Origin: Torpedo marmorata
Lineage: Eukaryota
Direction of reading: 5' to 3'
Assembly: GCA_977017645.1 (NCBI GenBank)
Contig: OZ360222.1
Span: 234,174,001 to 234,238,000, forward strand
DNA length: 64,000 bases
Shown one piece after another: positions 1-12,134 of this stretch (position 1 is the stretch's first letter; each line of letters begins with the position of its first letter). The translations under genes were made by a program, and so were the position numbers. Under the pieces are notes generated by a model. That model was not told where the DNA came from. It searched no databases and saw nothing but the letters and a program-made list of their open reading frames with translations.

Positions 1-1572
1 AGAGCAAAATGTCAGTTTGGTGTGAAGGAAATCACCTTTCTGGGAGATAAGCTGTCGGAGGCAGGTGTGGAGCCAGACAAGAGCAAGGTGAAAGCAATTC
101 TAGAGATGCCCAGACCCACTGACAAAAAGGGTATATTGAGAGTGCTGGGAATGATCAATTTAATTGGTAAATTCATCCCAAACCTGTCTTCCAAAACAAT
201 GTACCTAAGGAAGTTGTTACATGACAAATGTGAATTCAAGTGGACGGCCAACCACGAGGAAGAATGGGGACGACTGAAGACCATTCTAACTACAGAACCA
301 GTGTTTTTGACATTCTTTGACCCATCCAGAATGAAATCTAAGCAGATCGCAGCTGAAACAGAAAAGTTCACAGTTCTACAGAAGGTCATCAAGAATTTGA
401 ATGAAGGATGGCCTAGAGGTGAATGTCAGCCATACTACAACATCAGAGCTGAGCTGAGTGTTGTCAATGGGCTTCTACTCAGACAGAGCAGAATTGTCAT
501 TCCTCAATCACTGCGACAAGAGATGCTGAAAAGGTTGCATGAGGGGCATCTTGGAATGTAAAAATGCAAGAGGAGGGCCAGGACAGCTGTTTATTGGCCA
601 GGGATAAATGCTGACATTGACAGAATGGTTTCCAGCTGTGAGACCTGTTTGAAACATCACACAAAGCAGCCAAAGGAACCCATGATCATAACTGACTTAC
701 CAGCAGAACCATGGCAGAAAGTTGGGACTGATCTGTTCCACATGGATGGAAAGAATTACTTGCTGGTTATTGACTATCTATCGAACTATCCTGAGATGGC
801 ACTGCTTCCTAGCATGTCTGCTGCTTGTGTGATCAAATATATGAAATCGATCTTTGCAAGACATGGAATTCTTCAAATCGTCTGCAGTGACAATGGACCA
901 TGCTACAGTTGTAGAGAATTCCCGAACTTTGCAGAAGAGTATGATTTTGGACATGTGACTTCAAGTCCTCTGCATCCCCAGTCAAATGGTAAAGCAGAGA
1001 AAGGAGTTCACATAGTTAAACAGCTGCTCAAGAAAGCACAAGACAATGGCTCAGATCCTTATTTAGCTCTGTTGAGTTACCGAGCTTCACCACTTGAACA
1101 TGGCATGTCACCCACTGATCTACTGATGGGACGTAGACTATGTACCACACTTCCCTACTCTGCAGACTCAAGCAAGTACAGAGATGTTGAAGATGTCAAA
1201 CGGAAACAAAAGCATCTGCAAAGGGGACAAAAAGCAAACTATGACAAGTCAGCAAGAAGCTTAGGGCCACTGGCACAACATGACACAGTGAGACTCAGAG
1301 ATTCCAACACCTGGGACAAGAAGGCCACTGTTCTGGAGGAAGTAAATCCAAGATCCTACACTGTCAGAACAGAGGATGGTCAAATACTGAGGAGGAATCG
1401 AAAGAGCCTGCTGAAAACGCAAGTGACACTGCAAGAACAGACAAATGCAGAAGATCCAGCCTGCATAGCAACAGAGGAAATACCACCAGTGCTAGACAGT
1501 AGTGGACCAGCAGAGCCGACCATGAGAAGATCCACACGCGCTAACAAAGCACCTGACAGGCTGAATCTCTAA
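1..1572 (+). pseudogene. Disrupted Gypsy pol (RT end, RNase H largely deleted, HHCC zinc finger, DDE integrase)
   Basis: ORFs 22-561 and 625-1572 share a frame and are separated by TAA at 559-561 (LHEGHLGM*KCKRRARTAVYWPG...CETC). Integrase motifs: VGTDLF, VIDYLS, SDNGP, HPQSNGKAE. Confidence 0.9.
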
Positions 1573-1705
1573 AAGAAAAAGAACTGCACACTTAAAAAGT
1601 TTGTGCTACTGATATTTGTGTTTATGTTGGTGTTTAACGTTAAATTGAAATGAACACTGTATTAGTGTGTAATGTTGTTAGATTGAACATCTTAAGGAAA
1701 GGGGA

Positions 1706-1877
1706 TGTGGTGATAGAGTGCTAGTGATACTCCTGACCACTAGAGGGAGTCAGAGATGAATGCTGCACCTCTGGTTAGATACGAAAAATGGCTGCACCAC
1801 GAGGTCATGAGTTGTTAATAAAATATTGTTAATATAAAAGAACCCAAGTTTCTTTATTGCTTAAAAGAAACATCACA
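1706..1877 (+). repeat. 3' LTR of the Gypsy element (172 bp)
   Basis: TG...CA ends with a short inverted terminal repeat (TGTGGTG/CATCACA), AATAAA at 1817-1822, and the PPT immediately upstream. Confidence 0.8.
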
Positions 1878-2006
1878 AAACCCAGCTTTTTTATGCTTTG
1901 CAACAAATACACATTTTAAACTGGTCTCAATTTATATGTAGGGGTCGTATCCCAACAAGCTAGTTTTTATCTCAGTAACTATTTTCTGCCATTTCCAGAT
2001 ATATAA

Positions 2007-3908
2007 CAATAAAACCCCTGCTATCTAACACCTATGGGGATTGGTAGATGCCGGATAAGTGTATCTTCTGGTTGCTTAAGACTTACTCGTACAATGCCTA
2101 ACTAATACAATTGCATTAAGAATAAATAGTTTAAAATACAAAAATACTATACTGTACTTACAATGAACAAACTTCACTTGCATGAATATGTAAAGCTTAA
2201 AGCATTTTACTTTATTTTCAGTCACATTTTTTGAAAACATTTAACCATCGCTGTATCTGCAGGTTCCTCCCCCTCCACGGAGCTGTCCGAAAGATGAGCA
2301 ATAGCATTATAGATAATTAATTCCCCCCTTCCCTCAAGTTTACAGATAAAGCCTCTGACCGGGGTGACTGTTACTAAACAGGGATAAGGAGACACATTAA
2401 GAGAGTCACCACAACAGTGAGCGGCATCAACCAGCTCTTCATCGTGGGCAATGCCATTTTATTCAAATTAAACTTTATTTAAATTAAAACACGAAAATCT
2501 GTGGACACCGTGGTTGAAGTAAAAACACAATGCTGGAGAAACTCAGCAGGTCAAATAGTGTCCTTTATATAGCAAAGGTAAAAATACATAACCAACGTTT
2601 CGGGCTTGAGCTCTTCATTAAGGTATGGAAAAATGTCGGCAGGCATCCAAATAAAAGAGTAGGGGGGGAGGTGTGGTCGCAAAGGCAGGAGGTGATAGGT
2701 GGAGAAGGGAGGGAGGGGACAGCAGTAATCAAGGGGAGGAGGGATGGCTAGGTGAATAGAGAGGGAAGGGGGGAGGAGAACTGGAAGGGAATAACGAAGG
2801 GGGAGCGGGGGGTAGAGGAGAGCAGGTTAGCACAAACCGGAAAAGTCGATGTTAATGCCATAAGCTGGAGAGACCCCAGATGGAAAATCAGGTGTTGTTC
2901 CTCCAATTTGCGGGTGGTCTTGGTGGGATAGTACATAAGGCCATGGACAGACGTGTGAGTATGGGAGTGTGACACAGAACTGAAATGGTTGGCTACTGGG
3001 AGGTCTCTGTCACTGGTGCGGACGGAGTGAAGGTGCTCAGCGAAGCGATCTCTCAATCTGCGACCAGTCTCTCTGATGTAGAGAAGGCCACAAGAGAGAC
3101 TGGGCGCAGATTGGGAGATCGCTTCGCTGAGCACCTTCACTCCGTCCGCACCAGTGACAGAGACCTCCCAGTAGCCAACTATTTCAGTTCTGTGTCACAC
3201 TCCCATACTCACACGTCTGTCCATGGCCTTATGTTCTATCCCACCAAGACCACCCACAAATTGGAGGAATAACACCTGAATTTCCATCTGGGCACTCTCC
3301 AGCCAGATGGCATTAACATTGACTTCTCCGGTTTCTGCTAACCTGCTCTCCTCTCCCCCCCCTCCCCCCTTCCCTTCCCCCTTTCTAGCTCTCCTCCCCA
3401 CCTTCCCTCTCTATTCACCCAGCCATCCCTCCTCCCCTTGTTCGCTGCTATCCCCTCCCTCCCTTCTCCACCTATCACCTCCTGCCTTTGCAACCACGCC
3501 TCCCCTCCTACTCTTTTATTCGGACACCTGCCGACATTATTCCATACCTTAATAAAGGGCTCAAGCCCAAAACGTCGGTTATGTATTTTTACTTTTGCTA
3601 TATAAAAGGACACTGTTTGACCTGCTGAGCTTCTCCAGCATTGTGTTTTTACCTAAACTTTATTCAAACTTTTTTCAAACAGCTGCTATGAGAAAAGCAC
3701 GACCAAGGCACTCCACTGGCTGACTATTTGCTTCCATCTTCACCAAAGTTTTATGCGTACTTCAGAGAATATTTACTTTTACAATTTTAAACTTGCGTAT
3801 TTTTACCTATTATTTTATTCTTTTTTTTTAAATGTATTTTCCTCCATTTTTTTGCCAGTTGCTTGAGGCTGCCAGTTGCTTGAATTCTGGATACCAGGGA
3901 TTTTACTA
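2007..3908. mobile_element. Non-autonomous Tigger/pogo-like DNA transposon, interrupted by a Penelope-like insertion
   Basis: Imperfect TIRs CAATAAAACCCCTGCTATCT (2007) and GGATACCAGGGATTTTACTA (ending 3908) followed by TA. Consensus CAGTAAAACCCC... is typical of Tigger-type TIRs. Confidence 0.6.
2488..3653. mobile_element. Penelope-like element (PLE) fragment with fold-back (inverted) structure; GIY-YIG C-terminus plus pLTR on both arms
   Basis: Arms about 2519-3075 and 3093-3652 are reverse complements. Translation CGLLYI(R)ETGRRLRDRFAEHL...VANHF...RKLEEQHLIFHLG is a GIY-YIG endonuclease end. Flanked by the direct repeat TAAACTTTATT(T/C)AAA at about 2469-2483 and 3654-3668. Confidence 0.85.
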
Positions 3909-5250
3909 TACCAATCTTCGGGCTAAGCAGTGACTGAAGTTCTATTGCTGGACTGTGCATTACTTTAAACCAATAAGGAATGAACAGACAATGATGACCG
4001 GCTGAGTTTCCAGCATTTAATAAGCGATAGTGTCCAAGTTTCTATTTAGCATCTGTCCTGGATGAAGGAGCCATAAAATACATTGTCATTGACTGAAAAA
4101 GGTTTTTATTTGGTTTGGAATGGTAAAGCAGAATCATCAGTCAAATATTAAATCATCTACATTAAAAAAAAATTTAAAACGCTTGTTCTTAAATTTTTGG
4201 GAAAAGACACTTTGAATGTCATCTAGCAGTTGCGACCCATGTCTGGGTTAGATTGTGCATTTGTCTCTAAATATTAATCGTGAAACTTGAGAGCTAAAAA
4301 TGCCAAGTCATCTATAGGGGACTTTTGCAGGTTCTTTACCAGTCAATGGTATTTAAATAACAAAATAATAACATCAATACATGATACTCTGCGTCCGAAA
4401 GTCAATGGAGGGAATTTCAGAGGCAAGTGTGACTTGCTGTCCTCTCCATATGCACCATACCAACAAAGGATGAATTTCTAAGCAATAGGAAATGTAAATA
4501 TTTAATCCTGCCAAAAAAATAACTTATTTAAATTGTCCTATTACTGCAGCCTTAGGCATAAACATAAAAAGATATTCCAAGAGTAACGTCAGAAAATGAA
4601 TGGAAACAATTCTTCAGACAGAGGGAAGTATCTGAAATAGTCCCCCAAGGAAATAATAACATTTGTGTTTGTCAAGAAGCAGCAGGAAGCTGAGGTGAGG
4701 TAAAATTGGCCTTTTTAAATCTGTACAAGCCCTTGTGAAAAAAGGATATTCAAAATCTCAGGAGAAACTATTGAATTACACCAAGGAATTAGCCTTTGAT
4801 GTGTCTGTGAGACTTAACCTTAAGGGGCAGGTTGCAGTATTTTGGATCACTCAAGTGCATTATTCTGCACGTTAGATATCAGAACCTTTTACACTAATGG
4901 AGAGCATTAACAAATAAAAAGGCAACAGTATGTAATAAGAACCCAATTAGAGTTAAGGGCCATCAGAATTATCCTAAATTCTTTGATTTTCAATGGCAGT
5001 ACAAGAATTTTCCCCTTTTAACATCCCTCAAAATGCTCATCTTTATTTAAGCTCTTTTAATTAATTTTAAATCAAAGAAAATCTTCATGCCTAATCCACT
5101 GAGTAATCCCCTATCATTAATATTGCTGCTAATTGTATATAATTGGCTGATTTACATATATCTCAAGAGGAAAAATTGGAGACTTAATATGTGCAAATAC
5201 AAAGTGTCGGTCTTCTCTCACACTCTGCATCAAATCTGTGCTATCTGCAG

Positions 5251-5286
5251 GTCAGAAGCAGCCTCCACAAAGAAACGGCGGCACAG
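5251..5286 (+). CDS. SRRM4: SRRM4-like coding exon, 36 nt, phase 2/2: (R)SEAASTKKRRH(S)
   Basis: Acceptor tctgcag, donor AG|gtaagt. Resembles recalled human SRRM4 RSFSKKRRHS and is in frame with the next exon. Confidence 0.8.
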
Positions 5287-5380
5287 GTAAGTGAGCATTT
5301 TAATAAGAAAATTTATTAACTACTGTCTTGTCATGATTTCATGCCTACCTGCTAATACAACAACCTGTTCTTTTCTGCAG

Positions 5381-5431
5381 CGCAAAAAGTCAAAAGAGGA
5401 AAAGAAAAGAAGAGAAAAGGCATCGGAGAAG
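5381..5431 (+). CDS. SRRM4: SRRM4-like coding exon, 51 nt, phase 2/2: (S)AKSQKRKRKEEKRHRR(R)
   Basis: Acceptor ttcttttctgcag, donor AG|gtaaat, 94-nt upstream intron. Resembles human SSSPKSKRRDEKRHKK. Confidence 0.82.
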
Positions 5432-6801
5432 GTAAATGACATACTGTGGTGGTCCTTCTGCTGTCTTTTACATACATATTATTCAACTTTTAAAAAAATA
5501 TTTTATTTTAAATTTAAATTTTCACACACATGTAATACATAAGTAAATAGTGTACATTATTAACTTCAGAAAGGAAACATTCATATTATATTACATGGTG
5601 TAATCTACACCCTCCCTTAACCCCCCCAAATCCTATATAACAACTTTTCCAACATTTCAAATTAAAATTATTACTTAATATTTCTAAACCCACCCTCAAC
5701 CCACTCCCTCCCCTTACCTTCCCTCCCCCTCCTAATATCTACGAAAGAGAAAGAAGGAAATAGAAAAAAATAAAGTAATGTAATATTACTTATGAAAACA
5801 AATATATGGATTGCCCGGAGATTCACAGTCTGACGCAAGTTTTTAACAGTGTTTCTGTCAGTTTAGTTTTGAGGGAGTTAGCATAGGGCCTAAGGTGTGG
5901 AAGAACACATTTACATATTTATACCTAATGTCTGGATATTATTCAACTTTTTGTAGCAGTAGAATATTGAAACCATGCTCCAATCAAGTTTTCCCCAGCT
6001 AAGCTGATACAATTTGTTCGTCTGTGGCATCTTCCACTAAATCCCAGAATGTCTGCATAATTCTCTTAGAATTGAATCTCTGTACAATGAATTATTTTGA
6101 CTGTGTTGTAACTGCTGCCTAGTATGGCTGGTGTCAATTTGTTTAGATACTGTAAGTTGAGAGAAGGAATTGAAATATTGTGCAGTGAACCAGGAGTCTT
6201 TCAGAAATTAATGATGATATACATTAAGCTGGGATAATGAAAAGGAAACCTCTCTAGAGGTGGATAACAAGGCTCATTGACTTTGAAGTTCACACATAAC
6301 TGTTGCCCAGGCAAATGTGACATGCATTTTACATGTCTCAACCCGTTACCTGTGGTGGGATAAGCTGAGTGCTGCAAGTAGTCAAGCATGGCAAAAAAAT
6401 TTCCTTCAAATGGAACTGCGAGATCATTTATATCGACCTCCAAGAGTCTCACTGTATGGCACCTTCGACATTGCAGTGATCCTTCAAAACATCACTGCAT
6501 TTTCAGACAGGATGGTATGCTAAATATCTAGGTGGAGCTCACACACAACTTTCAAATTAGATGAAAAAATGCTGTGAACTGATTCAAGCTGAACTAAGCT
6601 GATACATGATTAATAGATGAAACTGAATATTAATTTCTATGATGATTGACTGTCTTGTTTAGTGAATGAGGCAAAACCAGTGATAAATCACGCAAATGAT
6701 AATACTTCTCATTTGTTCCCAGGAGAGATTGACAATGTTATTTCTCATGCTCGTTATGCTTGTACAAGTTCGGTTTTGCTAAAGTTGGTTGAAGAAAGTT
6801 A

Positions 6802-7068
6802 GGGCGGCACGGTTGGCGTAGCGGTTAGCGCAACGCCTTTACAGCGCCAGCGATCGGGACCGGGGTTCGAATCCTGCACTGTTTGTAAGGAGTTTGTACG
6901 TTCTCCCTGTGTCTGCGTGGGTTTTCCCCGGGGTCTCCGGTTTCCTCCCACCATTCGAAATGTACCGGGGGTGTATGTTAATTGGGTGTAAATTGGGCGG
7001 CACGGACTCGTGGGCCAAAATGGCCTGTTACCGTGCTGTATGTCTAAATTAAAAATTAAAATTAAAAA
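6802..7068 (+). mobile_element. tRNA-derived SINE
   Basis: A box TGGCGTAGCGG (6814-6824), B box GGTTCGAATCC (6864-6874), a V-SINE-like core (TGCGTGGGTTTTCCCCGGG...CCGGTTTCCTCCCAC) and an A/T-rich tail. A second copy lies at about 53568. Confidence 0.85.
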
Positions 7069-7128
7069 CATTGCAGATTCATACTATTTTTATTCGGCAG
7101 TAAACAAAACTTGCAATGAGAAATTGTG

Positions 7129-7427
7129 GTAAACATACCCCTCCCTCTCCCATTCTTCTCTTTTTCCCCATCCTTCTCTACAGACACCTGTCTCTCTTTT
7201 TTTACTCATACCTTGACGAAGGGCTCAGGCCTGAAACATAAGAAATATATCTTTACCTCCTATGGATGCTGTGAGACTGGCTGAGTTCCTCCAACATCTC
7301 TGTGTTTTTACAGAAATCTGCAGATACTGGGGTCTAGTGCAGCACACAAAAGTGCTGGAGAAACTCATCGCGTTGCGCAGCATACGTGGAAAGCAAAAGG
7401 AGTCGATATTTTTGGCCTGAGCCCTTC
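7129..7427. mobile_element. Short Penelope-derived insertion (two pLTR pieces in opposite orientation)
   Basis: Shares GCTGAGTTCCTCCA / TGCTGGAGAAACTCA and AAGGGCTCAGGCC motifs with the PLE at 2488. Flanked by the 13-bp direct repeat ATGAGAAATTGTG (7116-7128 and 7428-7440). Confidence 0.7.
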
Positions 7428-10404
7428 ATGAGAAATTGTGCCTTGTTATTGCAGTGAGAATGCAGCTTGACCACATAATTGTGTACTGTTCAATTTATGG
7501 CTAATGCCTCCATTACATTTGTGGCCAAAGCAGCATTATTCAGACGCATTAAGCCTTTATTTGCTAATATTGTACACAATCATCTAAATTACACAGAATA
7601 CTTCAGCAGCTGCCAACTCACCAATTGTGATGAATTATTGTGCAAATTCTGCAACATATCATTCAGCACATTAGCACCAAACCAGGGTTAGACGGCTGTA
7701 GATATTAACATAAAGAAGGAGCTCAAATTATGATGTAGATCATTAAATTAACATTTGAGCAATTTGTGCAGATTATCCAAATGCCAAGATAACACATTTT
7801 TTCTTTTCTTCCACTGATATTAATACCCGCCAGCCTGATTATTGCTTTGTGTCAGACTATTAATGTTCTCTGGACTTTAATATGTCAGCTTCATATTTCC
7901 AACTTTTATAAACGAAAATTAGCGTTGAAATCCAGACGGGATCCTGAGCATCCACCAATCCCATCTTAATCAACTTCAGGTCAGGTTTTAAATGCATGAC
8001 AAGCACTCCTATTAAAACACGTGGAAGACTGTTTAGATATGTGAATAGGTGTTCCACCTCTGTTGGAGGACAAGATTGAAGCCTTCAAGGAGAAACGTGC
8101 CATGCATCCCAGTGCCAGCATCTCAATGTGCTCAGAGCTTAATGTCTTCCTTCAAGGTATCTCCACCAGAAAATAGAACCAGAAACAAGTTGTTCAGACT
8201 CTATCCTTTTTTTCCAAATTCAATTAGATCATTTGTGCTTGATGTCATAACTCCATCCATCATCCTTGTTGACAAAGCCTTAATTGCCACACATAACAAA
8301 AATCTCAAAGGTCTCAGCAATTAATTTCGCTTTAACCCAACTTTCCAGCTGTCCACTTCACTTTGTGTTAAGAATGCTTCCTGGTGTCATCTCTAACATG
8401 CCTTGCAACAGTTTTAAGATTGTTGTCCCTTTCAAGAAGACAAAATTACTTTTTCTAAACTTTATTGGGATGAGTATGATCTGCAGTGTGGATAATTACC
8501 GGTATTTCCCCAAATCCTGCATTCAAACTGCAAATATCCCATCATCAGCCTTTCATTTGTGGAACCATCTATGACTTCCGAAATCAACTAATAGAGTGGA
8601 CCGATAACATCATGCCCATTATTCTTTTTCAAAAATAGGTGAGTGCATGATTACCTAAATGGTGAAAGACATTTAAATGGCAAAAGGGTTTGCAACTGGA
8701 GTACGATGTTGGCCTTGCTGCACTTGGCAATATTTCAAAATTTACAATGAACTTTTTTTTCAACCAAGAGTAAATTTGCAGAATTCTGTGGAATTAATTA
8801 TTTTATTTTTAAATTCCAAAATGTTATTATCTAAGTAAGGCAGATGATCCATCTTAGAGTTGAGCTGCACACAGAAATATGTACTTACATAGCACCTGGC
8901 ATTGGACATACATCAGAAGCATGAAATAGAGATGTTCAAGGATTAATGCATACAGCCATGCTAAGTCCTGGAGTTTTCGCAGTTATACAACTGCACATTG
9001 CATGAGTCACCCGAATATGATCGCCTTGGCTGAAAGTTTTGATTACAAATGAAGAAGCAAAGACCTTTGTCTGAAAATACACATGGGAAGCATTCCACAG
9101 ATGTGGTGGTCACATACTGGCAGTAACCATTCGTGATGCATTGGGTCCCTAATTACACATTGTAGAAAGAGAGTGAAATTATTAGGCTATTAAGAGCCAA
9201 TACTCCATTTGATTCACATTCTATTACCCTAATGGGCACGTGACATCATTATAATGGACATGTTCACTGATCACTTCAAGCCATCATCATTAATTAGTCT
9301 TCAACATAACCAGACACAATGTAAGGAAAACCCCATGACATAGAGAACGTGGAGAATTGGAGGCCAAGGTCACTTTCTCCCCTCAAGCATTTTACCACAT
9401 CATATTTCATATATTCTCATAAAATGACATTTTCTGTCAAGGATCTGCATCTGAATGAATCAATACTAAGTGTTTCTGTTGTCTTACAAGGGATCCTCTT
9501 TTATTATATGAGCTCTTCTGTATTGAAAGGTTGCTTCCGCCAGCTAGTTTTGAATTACCACCTTTCAAACACAGCTGTGAACTGATCTCCTGTTCTGGGC
9601 AAGGTGAAATGGTCTGTCATCTTTCAGAAATCATTGTCGTCAGAACATTTCCTATCAATCTCTGCCCAACACCTGTGATACATAGAAATAAAATTTTACA
9701 AGTGCTCACTGCCAATAAAGTGCCCCACATCCTCTGATGTGGTTTGGACGTTGAAAAGCTGTGATACCCTAACTCGGACCCAAATTTATCAGGCTTTGAA
9801 GGCTTCTACCCTGATCCTATTTTGCCTCCTTCCCTGCTTCATGTTTATTGCAAACCTAAAGGACAACGTTAACTCTTCCCAGAAAATGGTGAGCGGCCAT
9901 TCACCAGAAGGGAAGTGATTCAAAGTGGCACAAGGTGGGAGCGTGTATCGATGAGCTGATCCAGTGTTACGTCTGAACTTGACACCCATTGGTAATCTTG
10001 CAGGGCCAACATTTCTTTAAGGTTACCTGGAAATTCAGCTCTAAAACGCCTATACTATAATAAACAAACTACAATCTGCTTACAATTTGCTATAGGGCCT
10101 ATAGCATATTGTAAGCATATTATAGTTTGTTTCTGCAATTCGTTCCATTATAGTCAACATTATTGGGACTTTATAACACAAGCTCAAGTGACCAGGCCTG
10201 AACCTTTAGGCATGTAACTCTTGTCCCTTCTAAATCCATCTCTTATATTTTGACTTGTCATGTTACTTTTGTTTTGACTGAATTCGTCACTTCAATCTAA
10301 TGTATGCTTTAAAGATCATAAAATTAATTTTTCCATTTTAAATCAGTGTAAAGAAGTAAACAAATAAGTCTTCATAATAAAGCCAAAAAGTATTCTAATT
10401 TCTA

Positions 10405-10870
10405 TCCCAGAGGAGGATGGAGGCCCAGACCAAGAGCTGGTCCCCACGCAATGCACTGGGATGGGTGCAGAGGAGATTCATTCGGATGTTGCATGGGATG
10501 GAGCATTTCACTCATGAGGCAGTGTAGCCCATGTTTGTTTATCAAGGACCTGACAAGGCTGGGGAAGATACCTAATAGAAATATACAAAGTTTAGAGGGG
10601 TAGAGATAGGGGAGAGGTGCACAACAGAGGTGTCTAAAACTGGAGGACATCGTCTTGGGGTAAGAGGTTTATGGGAGATTCAACTAAGTACTTTTCTTAC
10701 CCAGAGATAGTTAAGGGAGTGATAGTGGCAGAAATTCCTTTTAAGAAGTGTCTAGATAAGCACTTGAATTGCCATGGCATAGATCAGGTGCCAACAAATA
10801 GGATTAAAATCATTGAGTATTTGATGGCCAGCATAGACATGATGGGCTGAAGAGCCTGCTTCAGTATTGC
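10405..10870 (+). mobile_element. Degraded CR1-type LINE 3' fragment
   Basis: Residual similarity to the CR1 3' ends at 41560 and 57190 (QRRF.RM-like coding trace, 3' UTR ATGGGCTGAAGAGCCTG). Confidence 0.55.
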
Positions 10871-11333
10871 ACAAAGTAACAAAATTTCCAGATACTCAGG
10901 GAAGCACAGGATATGGGATAGTGCTGGAAAATAGCACTAAGGTAGCTCAGCTGGAATGTAAAAGACTGATGGAGCAGGTGTGAAAAGCAGGATAGCCTTC
11001 TCTTCTGCTCTTCTCCAACTTACTGCAAATAAAATCACTTTGACATTAAAACTTGCATTGTAGGTCTTGCAAAATTTTTGTCTCGATGGATTGATTTTTC
11101 CGTACTCCATTCCACAATCACAAAATGTCAGCCCTAATCTCTTATTGAATTTCTGGCACTGATATAACCATGCTGCCGAAATTGTTACTGGGGGGACTGA
11201 AACTGCAACATTTATTAAGTTCTGTGAAATGCACAAGTTGTGTTGTAAAATGATCACTTGTGGGCTTGGGAACTGTATTGTGCTTATTAATTATCTTCTC
11301 ACCTTTACATCAAGGATTCAAACTGTTTGTTTA

Positions 11334-11647
11334 TAGTTCCATGTTTTTGATATACCCCGATTTTACGTGCCCCGATTTAACGCGAATTCGGATATAACGT
11401 GATGAGTCATTCGACTCAGGCATCGGGGGAGTCAGGCTCCCGGCAGGAGTGGGGGCGTCGGGCTCCCGGATTAATTTAAAATGCATACAGAATAACTGGG
11501 ATGTTCCAAATAAAGGAGAAATGGAAATGATGTAGGCATGCAAATTAAACAGGGAAATACAGTGAAACCCCGATTTAGCGCGACCCCGCTTTTTTCACGA
11601 TGAGATTTTATGGACCCCAACGATCGCGTTATAACGGGGTTTCGCTG
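11334..11647. mobile_element. Tigger-type MITE (11560-11647) with a related upstream remnant
   Basis: TA|CAGTGAAACCCCG at 11560 and CGGGGTTTCGCTG ending 11647 form TIRs. The CCCCGATTT(A/T) motif recurs at 11355, 11370 and 11568. The region is CpG-rich. Confidence 0.6.
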
Positions 11648-12134
11648 AAATGCACTGAGAGTACATCCGGGCTATGTGTGCTGCGTGATAAGGTTCTAGC
11701 TTTTATGTAGCACCTGATCTGAACCAAATTAACCGGACTCAGCCAACAATCTAATAGGCGCTCTACAAGTACCAAATCCAGCGTCAGGAGGAACTCACTT
11801 CCGCACTCTCGTTCCTGATTGCTGGGAAGCTTAGCTGCAGAGACTGTGTGAGAGTAGAATCAGGGTCCGCTTTGAAGCCCACAATCATCAAGTACTGTGG
11901 TGTGCAGACAAGACTGATTGAGATCACACTCAAATATAATGGTGAAAATAGAGTATTGTCATGCTTTGGGGAGCAAGTCAAAGCAATCTAAATTCAGTCC
12001 CTAATGGGGATAAAGATTGGTCAGAAATTGCCCAGTTAATTGGAATTGAGGGAGTGTCATTGAAGTGTGTGTACAATTAAATGGTCTGTATCATTCCGAC
12101 ATAATAAGGCACTGACTTTCGTCTCCCTGTCAAG

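Larger units (their letters stand above)
1..1877 (+). mobile_element. Ty3/Gypsy LTR retrotransposon, 3' portion (pol remnant, PPT, 3' LTR), truncated by the window start
   Basis: RT C-terminus (EITFLGDKLS...FIPNLS) is followed by integrase. Polypurine tract AAGGAAAGGGGA at 1694-1705 lies directly before an LTR bounded by TGTGGTG (1706) and CATCACA (1877). RT-before-IN order fits Gypsy. Confidence 0.92.

Noticed and set aside
5291-5542. ORF-track reading RKKSKEEKKRREKASEK for the 51-nt exon
   Set aside because: Splice phase and similarity to SRRM4 support the other frame (AKSQKRKRKEEKRHRR).
6802-6880. tRNA gene
   Set aside because: The A and B boxes continue into a SINE body and tail, with a diverged second copy at 53568 and no convincing cloverleaf.
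7660-7685. REST/RE1 site (TTCAGCAC)
   Set aside because: Only a partial left half-site, with no GGACAG right half at a suitable spacing.
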